Source: an uncultured Gammaproteobacteria bacterium
GTDB lineage: Bacteria > Patescibacteriota > Patescibacteriia > Magasanikbacterales > UBA922
Direction of reading: 5' to 3'
NCBI GenBank assembly: GCA_964519725.1
Contig: CAZFKS010000004.1
Location: 11,848 to 75,847 of the forward strand
DNA length: 64,000 nucleotides
A model generated the notes under the pieces. That model was not told the origin of the DNA. It made no database searches and saw only the letters and a list, made by a program, of their open reading frames with translations. The position numbers and the translations under genes are program-made. Numbering within the stretch: the stretch's first letter is position 1; each line of letters starts with the position of its first letter. Below are positions 49,437 to 58,966 of this stretch, piece by piece.

Positions 49437-50696
49437 ATGTTTGAACATTACACTTTAAAAAATAAAGCTAAAGTGTACTTGATTCCACTCTCTGGTACTA
49501 AATCAGTGACTGGTCGGATTATGTTTCCGGTTGGTTCACGATACGAAAGTCCAAAACTAAATGGTGCCTCGCATTTTATTGAGCACCTCATGTTTAAAGG
49601 AACAACTAAACGCAAAAATACGTTGGTTTTAACGCGTGAAATTGATCGCCTTGGCGCTGAGTACAATGCGTTTACTGACAAAGAATCAACTGGGTATTAT
49701 GTGCAAGCTGATGCGGCGAACACAGAGGTGATTGTGGATATTTTGTCAGACATGCTTTACAACTCACTATTTGATCCCAAAGAAATGGAACGCGAAAAAG
49801 GCGTGGTGTGTGAAGAATTAAAAATGTACCGCGATAACCCAGTCATGAATATTGATTCAATTTTTGAAGAATTAATGTTTAAAGGCTCGCCATTGGGTTG
49901 GGATATTGGTGGGACACCAGACTTAGTAAAATCATATAATCGTAGCGAAGTGTTGGCTTTCCGCGATAAATATTATGATCCAAGTGCCATGATCATTGTG
50001 TTTGCTGGCTTGATCACCCCTGAACTGAAAGGTTTGATTGCCAAATATTTTGGTGCTAAACCAAGTAAAGTTAAAGTCTCAGCCACGTACAAACCCGGTG
50101 TGTTTGGTAGTAATAAAAAAACTGATCGCATTCGGGTTGATCATAAAAAAACTGACCAAGCGCAAATGATGCTCGGTTGGCCAAGCTTTAATCGCGATTC
50201 CAAAGACACTAATGTCATGCGCGTTTTGAACACCATTTTAGGCGGGTCAATGAGTTCCCGTTTATTCATTCAAGTGCGTGAACGTCAAGGCCTCGCGTAT
50301 GTGATTGGGAGTGGTAACTCTTCATTCCGTGACACTGGTTATGCCTATGTTCAAGCCGGACTAGAACCAAAAAATATTAACAAAGCAATTGCTTGTATTC
50401 AAGCTGAAATTAATAAAATTATTAAAAAAGGGGTAACGGCGCGTGAATTAGCTGACGCTAAAACTCATTACCGTGGCAGTTTGGCCTTGGCCATGGAAGA
50501 CTCTAGTGTACAAGCCTCTTGGTATGCTAATCACGCTCTATATCATGGCACAATTAAAACTCCAGACGAACGGGTGAAAGAAATTGAAGCCGTAACAGCC
50601 AAGCAAGTTCAGGATTTAGCAAAAAAAATATTTAAGCCACAGGAAATGCGGGTCGCGATCATTGGTGATGTTGATCCAAAATCTGTGAAGTTTTAA
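49437..50696 (+). CDS. M16 family zinc peptidase
   Basis: HFIEHLMFKG (HxxEH), SSRLF..VRE..GLAY. Confidence 0.93.
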   Translation: MFEHYTLKNKAKVYLIPLSGTKSVTGRIMFPVGSRYESPKLNGASHFIEHLMFKGTTKRKNTLVLTREIDRLGAEYNAFTDKESTGYYVQADAANTEVIVDILSDMLYNSLFDPKEMEREKGVVCEELKMYRDNPVMNIDSIFEELMFKGSPLGWDIGGTPDLVKSYNRSEVLAFRDKYYDPSAMIIVFAGLITPELKGLIAKYFGAKPSKVKVSATYKPGVFGSNKKTDRIRVDHKKTDQAQMMLGWPSFNRDSKDTNVMRVLNTILGGSMSSRLFIQVRERQGLAYVIGSGNSSFRDTGYAYVQAGLEPKNINKAIACIQAEINKIIKKGVTARELADAKTHYRGSLALAMEDSSVQASWYANHALYHGTIKTPDERVKEIEAVTAKQVQDLAKKIFKPQEMRVAIIGDVDPKSVKF

Positions 50697-50703
50697 TTTG
50701 CGT

Positions 50704-51438
50704 ATGAAATATTTTGTCGCTAACTGGAAAATGTACGCTGGGCCCAAGCAAAGTCTTGAGCTGGCTAAAACGTACAAAGACGTATTTGTCCCAACCGGAG
50801 TTAAACCAATTGTGGCCCCAACTGCCTTGGCTCTGGGCAGTGTGGCTGAAACCCTGCGTGGTTCCGCGTGGGAAGTGGCCTCACAAAATGCGGCTTGGGC
50901 AGTAGAAGGGGCATATACAGGCGCAATTTCTGCCCAAATGTACGCTGAGGCCGGTGCCAAGTACGCACTTCTGGGCCACTCTGAGCGTCGGTATATTTTT
51001 GGTGAAACTGACACTGACATTCAGAAAAAAGTGGCGGCCACAGTCGCGGCGGGGATTGTGCCAATTGTGTGTATTGGCGAGACGGCTGATGATTTGGTAG
51101 AAAATAAACGCCAGTACCGATTGAAAAAACAATTGCAAATTTTGCAAAATTTGGATAGCTCTGTGGATATTATTATTGCGTACGAACCAGTGTGGGCCAT
51201 TGGTGGTAGTGGCCAAGGGCGCCGTTGCTTACCGGCTGATGTGGTAGATATTCATGGTTTTATCCGCACTGAACTGGCCACCTATGGTTTTGTGGATGCA
51301 CCAATTATTTATGGTGGTTCAGTAACTGGGGATAATGCGCAGGAGTACGCGCACTTACCAGAAGTGCACGGTTTAATTGTGGCCACTGCCTCGGTTCATT
51401 TGCCAGAAGTGAAAAATATTATTACCGCGCTTGCTTAA
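50704..51438 (+). CDS. tpiA: Triosephosphate isomerase
   Basis: ANWKM, GHSERR, AYEPVWAIG, YGGSV. Confidence 0.93.
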   Translation: MKYFVANWKMYAGPKQSLELAKTYKDVFVPTGVKPIVAPTALALGSVAETLRGSAWEVASQNAAWAVEGAYTGAISAQMYAEAGAKYALLGHSERRYIFGETDTDIQKKVAATVAAGIVPIVCIGETADDLVENKRQYRLKKQLQILQNLDSSVDIIIAYEPVWAIGGSGQGRRCLPADVVDIHGFIRTELATYGFVDAPIIYGGSVTGDNAQEYAHLPEVHGLIVATASVHLPEVKNIITALA

Positions 51439-51439
51439 T

Positions 51440-52348
51440 ATGAGTTGGTTTTTTGCCATCATGGGACTACTCGCCATTATCTCTGGCGGACTTTTGGTGT
51501 GGTTTTTTGTAAAATCCTGGCCAAAATTAACTCTCCTCGATGCGCACAAATTACCAGAAGTAAAAGAATCGTCAAAGAAAAATGAAATTTTGCGTCGCCG
51601 GGTAGCTGAGGCTGAAGCGGGCAAAGAACCAGAACTAAGTATTTTTTCCGTGTGGCTGATTGATTTTTGGAAACGAATACAAACTAAATTTCGTACACAC
51701 GTTGATACTTTGGAGCGGATTTTACTAGAGGAAAAACATACCGTTGCCTTTGAGCCTCTGACTGACCAGGAAATTGGGGCGCGTAACCAAAAAATTAAAA
51801 CCTTGCTCCGTGAAGCAGACAAAGCTGTGGCTGATAATGCACTTGATGCGGCTGAGAAAAAATATATTAGTGTGCTAAGTCTTGATGATCATAATGCGCA
51901 CGCGTACGTGGGTTTGGGTAATGTATATTTTGCGGAAGAACAATTTAATGAAGCGCGCGAAACCTACCGCTATGCACTGAAATTAGACAAGAAAAATGAA
52001 CATGCGCTCCTGCGCCTCGCCGAAATTGCTGAACGTAACAATAAATTAGAAGACGCGGTTGATTATTATGAACAAGCGGTGATTTTAAACGACAGTTTGT
52101 CACCTCGGTTTTTGAAAATTTACGATTTGCTCACTCAATTAAACCAGCCCGAAACCGCATTGACCGCCATTGAACAGGCTTTGGCCCTGGAGCCCCAAAA
52201 TCCAAAATACCTTGACAATTTCATCACAGCGAGTATACTGGTGGGGGATAAAAATCGGGCAGAAGACGGGTACCAGCGGCTCCGCATGGTCAACCCAGAC
52301 AACCAAAAACTGCCGGCTTTTCGTGAGCGCATCGATTCTTTAGCCTAA
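51440..52348 (+). CDS. Membrane-anchored TPR protein
   Basis: N-terminal TM; several TPR units (AYVGLGNVY..A...Y..AL). Confidence 0.85.
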   Translation: MSWFFAIMGLLAIISGGLLVWFFVKSWPKLTLLDAHKLPEVKESSKKNEILRRRVAEAEAGKEPELSIFSVWLIDFWKRIQTKFRTHVDTLERILLEEKHTVAFEPLTDQEIGARNQKIKTLLREADKAVADNALDAAEKKYISVLSLDDHNAHAYVGLGNVYFAEEQFNEARETYRYALKLDKKNEHALLRLAEIAERNNKLEDAVDYYEQAVILNDSLSPRFLKIYDLLTQLNQPETALTAIEQALALEPQNPKYLDNFITASILVGDKNRAEDGYQRLRMVNPDNQKLPAFRERIDSLA

Positions 52349-52349
52349 T

Positions 52350-52422
52350 GCCGCCTTAGCTCAGCTGGTAGAGCAACAGTTTTGTAAACTGTGGGTCGTC
52401 GGTTCAATCCCGTCAGGCGGCT
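52350..52422 (+). tRNA. tRNA-Thr (TGT)
   Basis: Cloverleaf; acagt-ttTGTaa-actgt. Confidence 0.95.
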
Positions 52423-52453
52423 CAAGAGCCCATTAGGGCTTTTACAATTTAAT

Positions 52454-52537
52454 GGGCGGGTTCCAGAGCGGTCAAATGGAGCAGACTGTAAATCTGTTGG
52501 CCTTGCGCCTTCGCAGGTTCGAATCCTGCCCCGCCCA
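52454..52537 (+). tRNA. tRNA-Tyr (GTA)
   Basis: gcaga-ctGTAaa-tctgt, long variable arm. Confidence 0.95.
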
Positions 52538-52608
52538 CAGAAAATCCTCTAACCGAGGGTTTTTTATTTGCTTGGGCGCGTGTTATGATTACACTATAAC
52601 TAAAAAAT

Positions 52609-53058
52609 ATGAAAGCACCTAAATTTTCTTTGGCTGATCAAAACGGGGAAATGCATACTTTAGAGCAGTATGCCGGACAATTTGTTTTATTATATTTTTA
52701 CCCAAAAGACGATACACCAGGTTGTACCATTGAAGCCTGCTCATTTCGCGATAATTTGGCTGAACTCAAAAAACTGGGTGTGGTAGTTTTGGGGGTAAGT
52801 GGTGATGATGTAAAATCCCACGGAAAATTTGTGAAAAAATTTGATCTTAATTTTCCACTCCTCGCCGATACTGATAATGAGGTGGGGAAGGCCTATGGTG
52901 TGTTTGGGGAAAAATCCATGTTTGGTAATTTGTTTATGGGCTATCACCGCGAATCTTTTTTGATTGGACCTAACGGAGAGATTCTTAAACATTATGCAAA
53001 AGTTAAGCCTGAAGAACATGTGGCTGAAATTATGATTGACGTGAAAGCCTATGCCTGA
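52609..53058 (+). CDS. bcp: Thioredoxin-dependent peroxiredoxin Bcp
   Basis: YFYPKDDTPGCTIEACSFRD. Confidence 0.94.
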   Translation: MKAPKFSLADQNGEMHTLEQYAGQFVLLYFYPKDDTPGCTIEACSFRDNLAELKKLGVVVLGVSGDDVKSHGKFVKKFDLNFPLLADTDNEVGKAYGVFGEKSMFGNLFMGYHRESFLIGPNGEILKHYAKVKPEEHVAEIMIDVKAYA

Positions 53059-53920
53059 ACTACCAGAAGTAGAAACAGTACGCCGTGATTTAGAGCAGGT
53101 AATTATTAAAGTTCCCATTGTTCAGGTCGAAGTTTTGCATGTCAAAACGATTCGGCCACTAAACGCCATTCAGTTGCAACAGAAATTAGTGGGCCGAAAA
53201 GTACTGGCTATTAAGCGAATTGGTAAATTATTAATTTTAGAATTGGACGAGCCAGAGTCAGTACTGTTGGTGCATTTAAAAATGACTGGGCAAATGATTT
53301 ATCAAGCCGGAAAAAAGATTTTGGCGGGCGGACATTCACTGTCAAAACCACTGGAAAATTTGCCAAATAAACATACACGGCTGGTGGTGACGTTTAAAGA
53401 CGGTGCCAAATTATTTTTCAATGACCTGCGCTTATTTGGGTACTGGAAATTTGTGTTACCAAAAGAATTAGCAAAAATAAAAAATGGTTATGGAATTGAA
53501 CCGCTCACGGAAAATTTCACGTGGGAAAATTTTGTGGCCGCGCTTGGTAAGCGGACAACCAATATTAAAGCGCTTCTTTTAAACCAACAAGTAATTTCGG
53601 GAATGGGAAATATTTATGTTGATGAAGCTTTGTGGCGCGCCAAAATCCATCCGGCCCGGTCAGTGAAAAGATTGACCACCGCGGAAAAGAAAAAGTTGTT
53701 TACAGCCTGCACTGAAGTTATTGAATTGGGTGTAAAGCACCGGGGTACGACTTTTAACCACTTTGTGGACGGGCATGGCCAACAGGGCGGTTTTCTGCAG
53801 TTTTTGCAGGTCTATGGTCGGGCTGGCCAGCCGTGCACGCGCTGCGCCAAACCTATCCAAAAGATCCGTCTGGCTGGGCGGGGGACGCACCTGTGCCCAC
53901 AGTGCCAAAAAAAGCCCTAA
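53051..53920 (+). CDS. mutM: Formamidopyrimidine-DNA glycosylase
   Basis: MPELPEVE, HLKMTG, GNIYVDE, C4 zinc finger. Confidence 0.96.
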   Translation: MPELPEVETVRRDLEQVIIKVPIVQVEVLHVKTIRPLNAIQLQQKLVGRKVLAIKRIGKLLILELDEPESVLLVHLKMTGQMIYQAGKKILAGGHSLSKPLENLPNKHTRLVVTFKDGAKLFFNDLRLFGYWKFVLPKELAKIKNGYGIEPLTENFTWENFVAALGKRTTNIKALLLNQQVISGMGNIYVDEALWRAKIHPARSVKRLTTAEKKKLFTACTEVIELGVKHRGTTFNHFVDGHGQQGGFLQFLQVYGRAGQPCTRCAKPIQKIRLAGRGTHLCPQCQKKP

Positions 53921-53982
53921 TTTGGCCCTAATCCAGCTGTTGACTTATTTCTTAGAATTTTCTATAATACTGACACTTTAAA

Positions 53983-54056
53983 GCGCGCCTAGCTCAGTTG
54001 GTTAGAGCATCTCGTTTACACCGAGAGGGTCGGGGGTTCGAATCCCTCGGCGCGCA
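53983..54056 (+). tRNA. tRNA-Val (TAC)
   Basis: Cloverleaf; tctcg-ttTACac-cgaga. Confidence 0.95.
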
Positions 54057-54066
54057 CCCTTTTTAT

Positions 54067-54139
54067 GCTGCTGTAGCTCAGTTGGTAGAGCGCGTCCATG
54101 GTAAGGACGAGGTCACCAGTTCAATCCTGGTCAGTAGCT
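54067..54139 (+). tRNA. tRNA-Thr (GGT)
   Basis: Cloverleaf; cgtcc-atGGTaa-ggacg. Confidence 0.95.
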
Positions 54140-54356
54140 CTAGTTGGCGCCCGAGAGGGTGTTTTTTATTTTAATAAAAAACCAGAGAGTAAGTTTTGGT
54201 TGTTTTGTGAAATATCCTTGACAAAGATCCATTTTTGCTTTAGAATCCATTGTTAATTTGTCTATGGTAACAGGTAGGTCTCTGGCCTTTCTATTACCCT
54301 CGGCAATCATAAGTCTGCGCCTTGGGGGCTGAAAAGCTGCAGCAGGAGGAACTCCC

Positions 54357-54686
54357 GTGATCAACTGTCTGGTGACTTCCAAGGTTTCGCTGACCGATGA
54401 CATGCGGTACACCCTGTACCGCACCGCGTTCGAGATGTACATGAACAAGGTCGCGGAGCGCAAGGTGCGCACGCCGGGCTTCAGGGCCACGATCAAGACG
54501 GATGGCGAGCATGGGGTCATGGGTACGATCGCCGGTATCGTGTTCTCGGCCACGGTCGACACCGACCGCGGCGAAGGACTCGTGACCTACATCGTCCGGG
54601 GGCGCGATCTGTGCCAGCCCGAAGACGGTGTCTGGATCCCACTGCCCCGCGACTTCGCGCCCGTCGCCGACTACAACGTGCAGTGA
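54357..54686 (+). CDS. Hypothetical protein (GC-rich cassette G)
   Basis: GTG start after AGGAGGA; promoter TTGACA(54218)-17-TAGAAT(54241); terminator aaaaacagc..gctgttttt near 54773-54800. Confidence 0.7.
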   Translation: MINCLVTSKVSLTDDMRYTLYRTAFEMYMNKVAERKVRTPGFRATIKTDGEHGVMGTIAGIVFSATVDTDRGEGLVTYIVRGRDLCQPEDGVWIPLPRDFAPVADYNVQ

Positions 54687-54926
54687 CCCCTCGAGGGACG
54701 GGGTCACCTCTTCCAGTGTGTCACCGCAAGGCACTGGTGGGAGTCCAAGGTTGTTCAACTTGCGGTCCCATCAAAAACAGCTTTGCCAAAGGCTGTTTTT
54801 GTTTTAATAAAGTGAAATTTACTCATTTCCATATAGATGGAAATAGAGAATAAACCAAGTTTTATTAAAAACAAGGTTGTTGCAGGTTCTGCCATTCAGG
54901 GTTTTTAACTGAGTAAAAAGTAGAAA

Positions 54927-54965
54927 GACGAGGTCACCAGTTCAATCCTGGTCAGTAGCTCTAGT
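54927..54965 (+). repeat. Duplicated tRNA-Thr 3' end (attR-like)
   Basis: gacgaggtcaccagttcaatcctggtcagtagctctagt, identical to 54106-54144. Confidence 0.92.
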
Positions 54966-55026
54966 AAACCGCCATCTGGTGGTTTTTTTGTTTATATAAA
55001 ATTTTAACTTATCCACCGAAAGTATT

Positions 55027-55055
55027 TTGACACCAATACCCTAGGGGGGTATACT
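55027..55055 (+). promoter_or_regulatory. Copper operon promoter with CsoR operator
   Basis: TTGACA-17-TATACT overlapping ATACCCTAGGGGGGTAT (TACC..G-tract..GGTA CsoR-type operator). Confidence 0.85.
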
Positions 55056-55074
55056 CGGAATATAACAAATTTTT

Positions 55075-55350
55075 ATGAATCACGAAGTACATAAAAAACT
55101 GGCCAAGCGGCTTAAAATTATTGAAGGGCAAATTCGCGGTGTGCAAAAGATGACTGAGAGCCACGAATATTGTGTGGATATTATTGTGCAAGTTATGGCC
55201 ATTAAACAGGCCCTGACTAGTTTTGAAGAAACATTGCTGGAAAGTCATTTAAGTACCCATGTGGTAGAGCAAATGAAATCAGGGCAGCACAAGAAGGCAA
55301 TTGATGAAGTCATGAAAATTTATAAATTATCCAATAAAGGTAAGCGTTAA
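55075..55350 (+). CDS. csoR: CsoR family metal-sensing repressor
   Basis: RLKIIEGQIRGVQKM..YCVDII..HLSTH. Confidence 0.9.
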   Translation: MNHEVHKKLAKRLKIIEGQIRGVQKMTESHEYCVDIIVQVMAIKQALTSFEETLLESHLSTHVVEQMKSGQHKKAIDEVMKIYKLSNKGKR

Positions 55351-55366
55351 TTTTAGTGTCATCCAT

Positions 55367-57658
55367 ATGGAAAAATCACAGCAATTTCCAGTCAAAGGCA
55401 TGCACTGTGCCAGTTGCGCAAATATTATTACGCGCAAACTCAAAAAGGTTCCCGGAGTTTTGAGTGTAGAAGTAAATTATGGTACAGAAACGGCCAAAGT
55501 GATCTATGACCATGAAAAAACTAGTGCGCACCACATGTCTGAAGCCATTAAACCACTTGGTTATTCATTGGGGGATGAAGCAGCGGCCATGGGAATGTCA
55601 GCAGATGAACACGCTGCTCACTTAGGTGTAAATCAAACTAAGACTGATAAATTAAAAGAAATTGCGAAACTGAAAACTCAAGTGTTTACTTTGTTACCAC
55701 TGGCCTTGTTTAGTGCGGTAGTTATGACCTGGGATATTTTGGTCCAGTTTGGTGTACTCGCGCCCATGTCTGAAGTGCTGGAAGAATTTTTCCATCACCT
55801 GCTGCCCATTTTTGCGACCTATGCACTGGTGGTGCCAGGAGTACCGTATTTGCTGGGTGTGTATCGTTTTTTCCGGTATGGAAAAGCTAACATGGATACG
55901 CTCATTGGAATTGGAACGCTCTCTGCCTTTTTGTATAGCTTTGTAATTTCGGCCTTTGAAGAAACACTTCGCCCATTTTTAAATGTAGATTATTCGTATT
56001 ATGACGTGACCATTGTGGTCATTGCCTTTATTACCTTGGGGAAATATTTAGAAGCCAGTTCGAAATTAAAAACTGGTGATGCAATTGAAAAACTCCTCAG
56101 TCTACAAGCCAAAACCGCGCTCGTGGTGCGTAATGGTCAGGAAATGGAATTGCCTATTGCCGAAGTGGTAAAAGATGATTTGATTGTAGTTAAGCCAGGT
56201 GCCAAAATTCCGGTTGATGGTATAGTTACCGAAGGTTCGTCATATGTTGATGAGTCAATGATTTCTGGTGAACCAGTGCCTGTGGTAAAAGAAAGAAATA
56301 GCATAGTGGTGGCAGGTACGCTTAATACGAGTGGTAATTTTACTTTTAAAGCCACCAAAGTAGGTGCCGAAACTGTACTGGCCAATATTATTAAAATGGT
56401 GCAAGACGCGCAGGGAAGTAAGGCGCCAATTCAAGCTTTGGCAGATAAAATTTCCGCTGTGTTTGTGCCCATTGTGATTGGTATTGCGGTAATTACACTT
56501 GGTCTTTGGCTCACGGTTGGAGCGCAGTATTTAGGGTTATCTCAAGCAATTTCCTATGGCTTGGTTTCATTTGTGGGAATTTTGGTGATTGCTTGTCCAT
56601 GCGCACTTGGGCTGGCCACTCCAACGGCAATTATTGTGGGGGTGGGGAAGGGTGCAACCGAAGGTATTTTGGTAAAAGATGCGGCCACTTTGGAAAAACT
56701 GCACAAAGTACAAACCATTGTGCTGGATAAAACCGGTACCCTTACCAAAGGTAAACCAGAATTAATGAGCATAGAATCATTTGGTAAATTATCAGAATCA
56801 GAAATTGTCAGTATTTTGGCGGCCTTGGAAGATAAATCTGAGCACCCTATTGCGCACGCCATTGTGAACTATGCCAAGGAAAAAAATAGTGCTATAAAAT
56901 CAGTGGAAAAATTTGAGAGTATTAAAGGCAAGGGTGTGCGCGGAGAAATTGATGGCGCAGAATATTTTGCCGGCAATGTAAAATTAATGACTGATCTGGG
57001 AATTGATTTTGACTCTGCACTTATTGAACAAGCTACACGTCAAGGTAAGACTCCGGTTTTATTGGCTTCTAAAAAAGAATTACTGGGAATAGTAATGGTG
57101 GCTGACGCGATTAAACCAGAAGCAAAGGAGGCGATTGCTTCGCTACATACATTGGGAATAAAAGTGGTCATGCTGACTGGTGATAATCAAAACACGGCCA
57201 ACTTTATTGCCAAAGAAGTGGGAATTGATAAAGTAGTGGCTGAGGTTTTGCCACAAGACAAAATGGAACAAGTTAAATTTTTCCAATCACAAGGTGAAAT
57301 TGTGGCTATGGCTGGTGATGGTATTAATGATGCACCGGCTTTGGCGCAAGCTGAGGTAGGAATTGCCATGGCGACAGGCACAGATGTAGCCATTGATTCA
57401 GCTGGTATCATTTTACTTGGTGGTGACATTGCCAAGATTAGCAAGGCAGTTAAACTATCTCGTGTCACCATGCGCGGAATTAAACAAAATTTATTTTGGG
57501 CTTTTGTCTATAATATTGTTGGTATCCCAATTGCGAGTGGGATTTTTTACCCGCTTTTCGGTTGGCTTCTTAATCCAGTGTTTGCGGGTGCAGCGATGGC
57601 CCTTAGTTCGGTATCAGTGGTGTTGAATTCTTTACGTTTAAAAACTACTAAACTCTAA
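55367..57658 (+). CDS. copA: Copper-translocating P1B-type ATPase
   Basis: GMHCASC, CPC, DKTGT, SEHP, GDGIND, YN and MALSS. Confidence 0.95.
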   Translation: MEKSQQFPVKGMHCASCANIITRKLKKVPGVLSVEVNYGTETAKVIYDHEKTSAHHMSEAIKPLGYSLGDEAAAMGMSADEHAAHLGVNQTKTDKLKEIAKLKTQVFTLLPLALFSAVVMTWDILVQFGVLAPMSEVLEEFFHHLLPIFATYALVVPGVPYLLGVYRFFRYGKANMDTLIGIGTLSAFLYSFVISAFEETLRPFLNVDYSYYDVTIVVIAFITLGKYLEASSKLKTGDAIEKLLSLQAKTALVVRNGQEMELPIAEVVKDDLIVVKPGAKIPVDGIVTEGSSYVDESMISGEPVPVVKERNSIVVAGTLNTSGNFTFKATKVGAETVLANIIKMVQDAQGSKAPIQALADKISAVFVPIVIGIAVITLGLWLTVGAQYLGLSQAISYGLVSFVGILVIACPCALGLATPTAIIVGVGKGATEGILVKDAATLEKLHKVQTIVLDKTGTLTKGKPELMSIESFGKLSESEIVSILAALEDKSEHPIAHAIVNYAKEKNSAIKSVEKFESIKGKGVRGEIDGAEYFAGNVKLMTDLGIDFDSALIEQATRQGKTPVLLASKKELLGIVMVADAIKPEAKEAIASLHTLGIKVVMLTGDNQNTANFIAKEVGIDKVVAEVLPQDKMEQVKFFQSQGEIVAMAGDGINDAPALAQAEVGIAMATGTDVAIDSAGIILLGGDIAKISKAVKLSRVTMRGIKQNLFWAFVYNIVGIPIASGIFYPLFGWLLNPVFAGAAMALSSVSVVLNSLRLKTTKL

Positions 57659-57659
57659 T

Positions 57660-58640
57660 ATGGAAAATAATCTGTTTGTTATTTTCTTAACTGGGCTAAT
57701 TACTGGTGGGCTGACTTGTCTGGCAGTGCAAGGCGGGCTTTTGGCCACAGTAATTTCTGAGCGTGAAAAAGAGCGCTTAGTTGAGGAGGGAAAAAAGGGG
57801 AATGCCCGCCCGATTTTGTACTTTATTGCGGCCAAACTGGCTGCTTATACAGTGCTTGGGTTTTTGCTTGGCTGGTTTGGTTCATTCTTTACTCTGTCAG
57901 TTACGGCGCAAGCAATTCTGCAATTTATAGTGGCAATTTTCATGATTGGAACAGCGTTTAACTTGCTGAACGTTCATCCGTTTTTTCGGTACTTTGTTAT
58001 CCAACCGCCAAAATTCTTGACTCGTTTGGTGCGTAATCAATCTAAAAGTAAAGACGCGTTTGCGCCTGTACTTTTGGGAGCGTTCACTGTCTTTATTCCG
58101 TGCGGCACAACCCAAGCTATGATGGCTCTGGCCATTGCTTCAGGTAGTCCACTGTACGGTGCCGCGATTTTGTTTGCGTTTGTCCTAGGGACTACACCAT
58201 TATTCTTCTTGTTGGGATATTTTTCTACCAAGCTTGGTGATGTGTACCAAAGAAAATTTTTCAAAGTAGCAGCGGTCGCGATTATTTTGTTGGCAATATA
58301 TAATCTGCGCGGCGCAATTGTATTGACTGGCTTCAATTTCGGTGATACCCAAGGTGTGGAACAGGCTGCCGTTGCCTCTGAAGCCACCATCACTATTGAA
58401 CCATCAGGCTATAACCCAAAAAATATTTCTGTGCCAGCTGGTCAAACCGTAAAGTTGCATTTAAAAAATAATAATACCTACAGCTGTGCGCAAGCTTTTA
58501 CCATTCCTAAATTAGGAATTCAACGCGTGGTCGCGCCTGGGCAATCAACTACCATTGAATTTACCGCGCCAAAGAATCCAGGTAAATTGGTTTTTTCCTG
58601 CAGTATGGGGATGTATAAAGGTACTATTAATGTAATTTGA
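57660..58640 (+). CDS. DsbD_2/TauE-like membrane protein with C-terminal cupredoxin domain
   Basis: Multi-TM with TCLAVQGG and FIPCG; C-terminal FSCSMGMY. Confidence 0.8.
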   Translation: MENNLFVIFLTGLITGGLTCLAVQGGLLATVISEREKERLVEEGKKGNARPILYFIAAKLAAYTVLGFLLGWFGSFFTLSVTAQAILQFIVAIFMIGTAFNLLNVHPFFRYFVIQPPKFLTRLVRNQSKSKDAFAPVLLGAFTVFIPCGTTQAMMALAIASGSPLYGAAILFAFVLGTTPLFFLLGYFSTKLGDVYQRKFFKVAAVAIILLAIYNLRGAIVLTGFNFGDTQGVEQAAVASEATITIEPSGYNPKNISVPAGQTVKLHLKNNNTYSCAQAFTIPKLGIQRVVAPGQSTTIEFTAPKNPGKLVFSCSMGMYKGTINVI

Positions 58641-58641
58641 T

Positions 58642-58857
58642 ATGGAAAAAGCAACTTTTAAAATTATCGGGATGCACTGCGTCAGTTGTGCCATGAATAT
58701 TGACGGTGAACTAGAAGATTCGGGAAAGGTTCAATCCGTTAGTACTAACTTTGCCAAAGCCCAAACTGTGGTGGAATTTGATCCAAACTTAATTTCTGAA
58801 GAAGAAATAAGAGAAACAATTCAAAAAGTTGGATACACAGCGGAACGCGTGAACTAG
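58642..58857 (+). CDS. copZ: Copper chaperone (HMA domain)
   Basis: GMHCVSC, 71 aa. Confidence 0.88.
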   Translation: MEKATFKIIGMHCVSCAMNIDGELEDSGKVQSVSTNFAKAQTVVEFDPNLISEEEIRETIQKVGYTAERVN

Positions 58858-58966
58858 ACAGCGGCTGTAAAGTCTAAATTGATAGACAGTCGATAAAATC
58901 TAACCCGATGTGGAGCGTTACATCAGGGTTGGATCATAGGTGGGGTGGGCAAGAAGATGATCAAGG

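Larger units (their letters stand above)
54106..54965. mobile_element. Integrase-less genomic islet at tRNA-Thr(GGT)
   Basis: Bounded by perfect 39-bp direct repeats of the tRNA 3' half (54106-54144 and 54927-54965). Confidence 0.7.
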
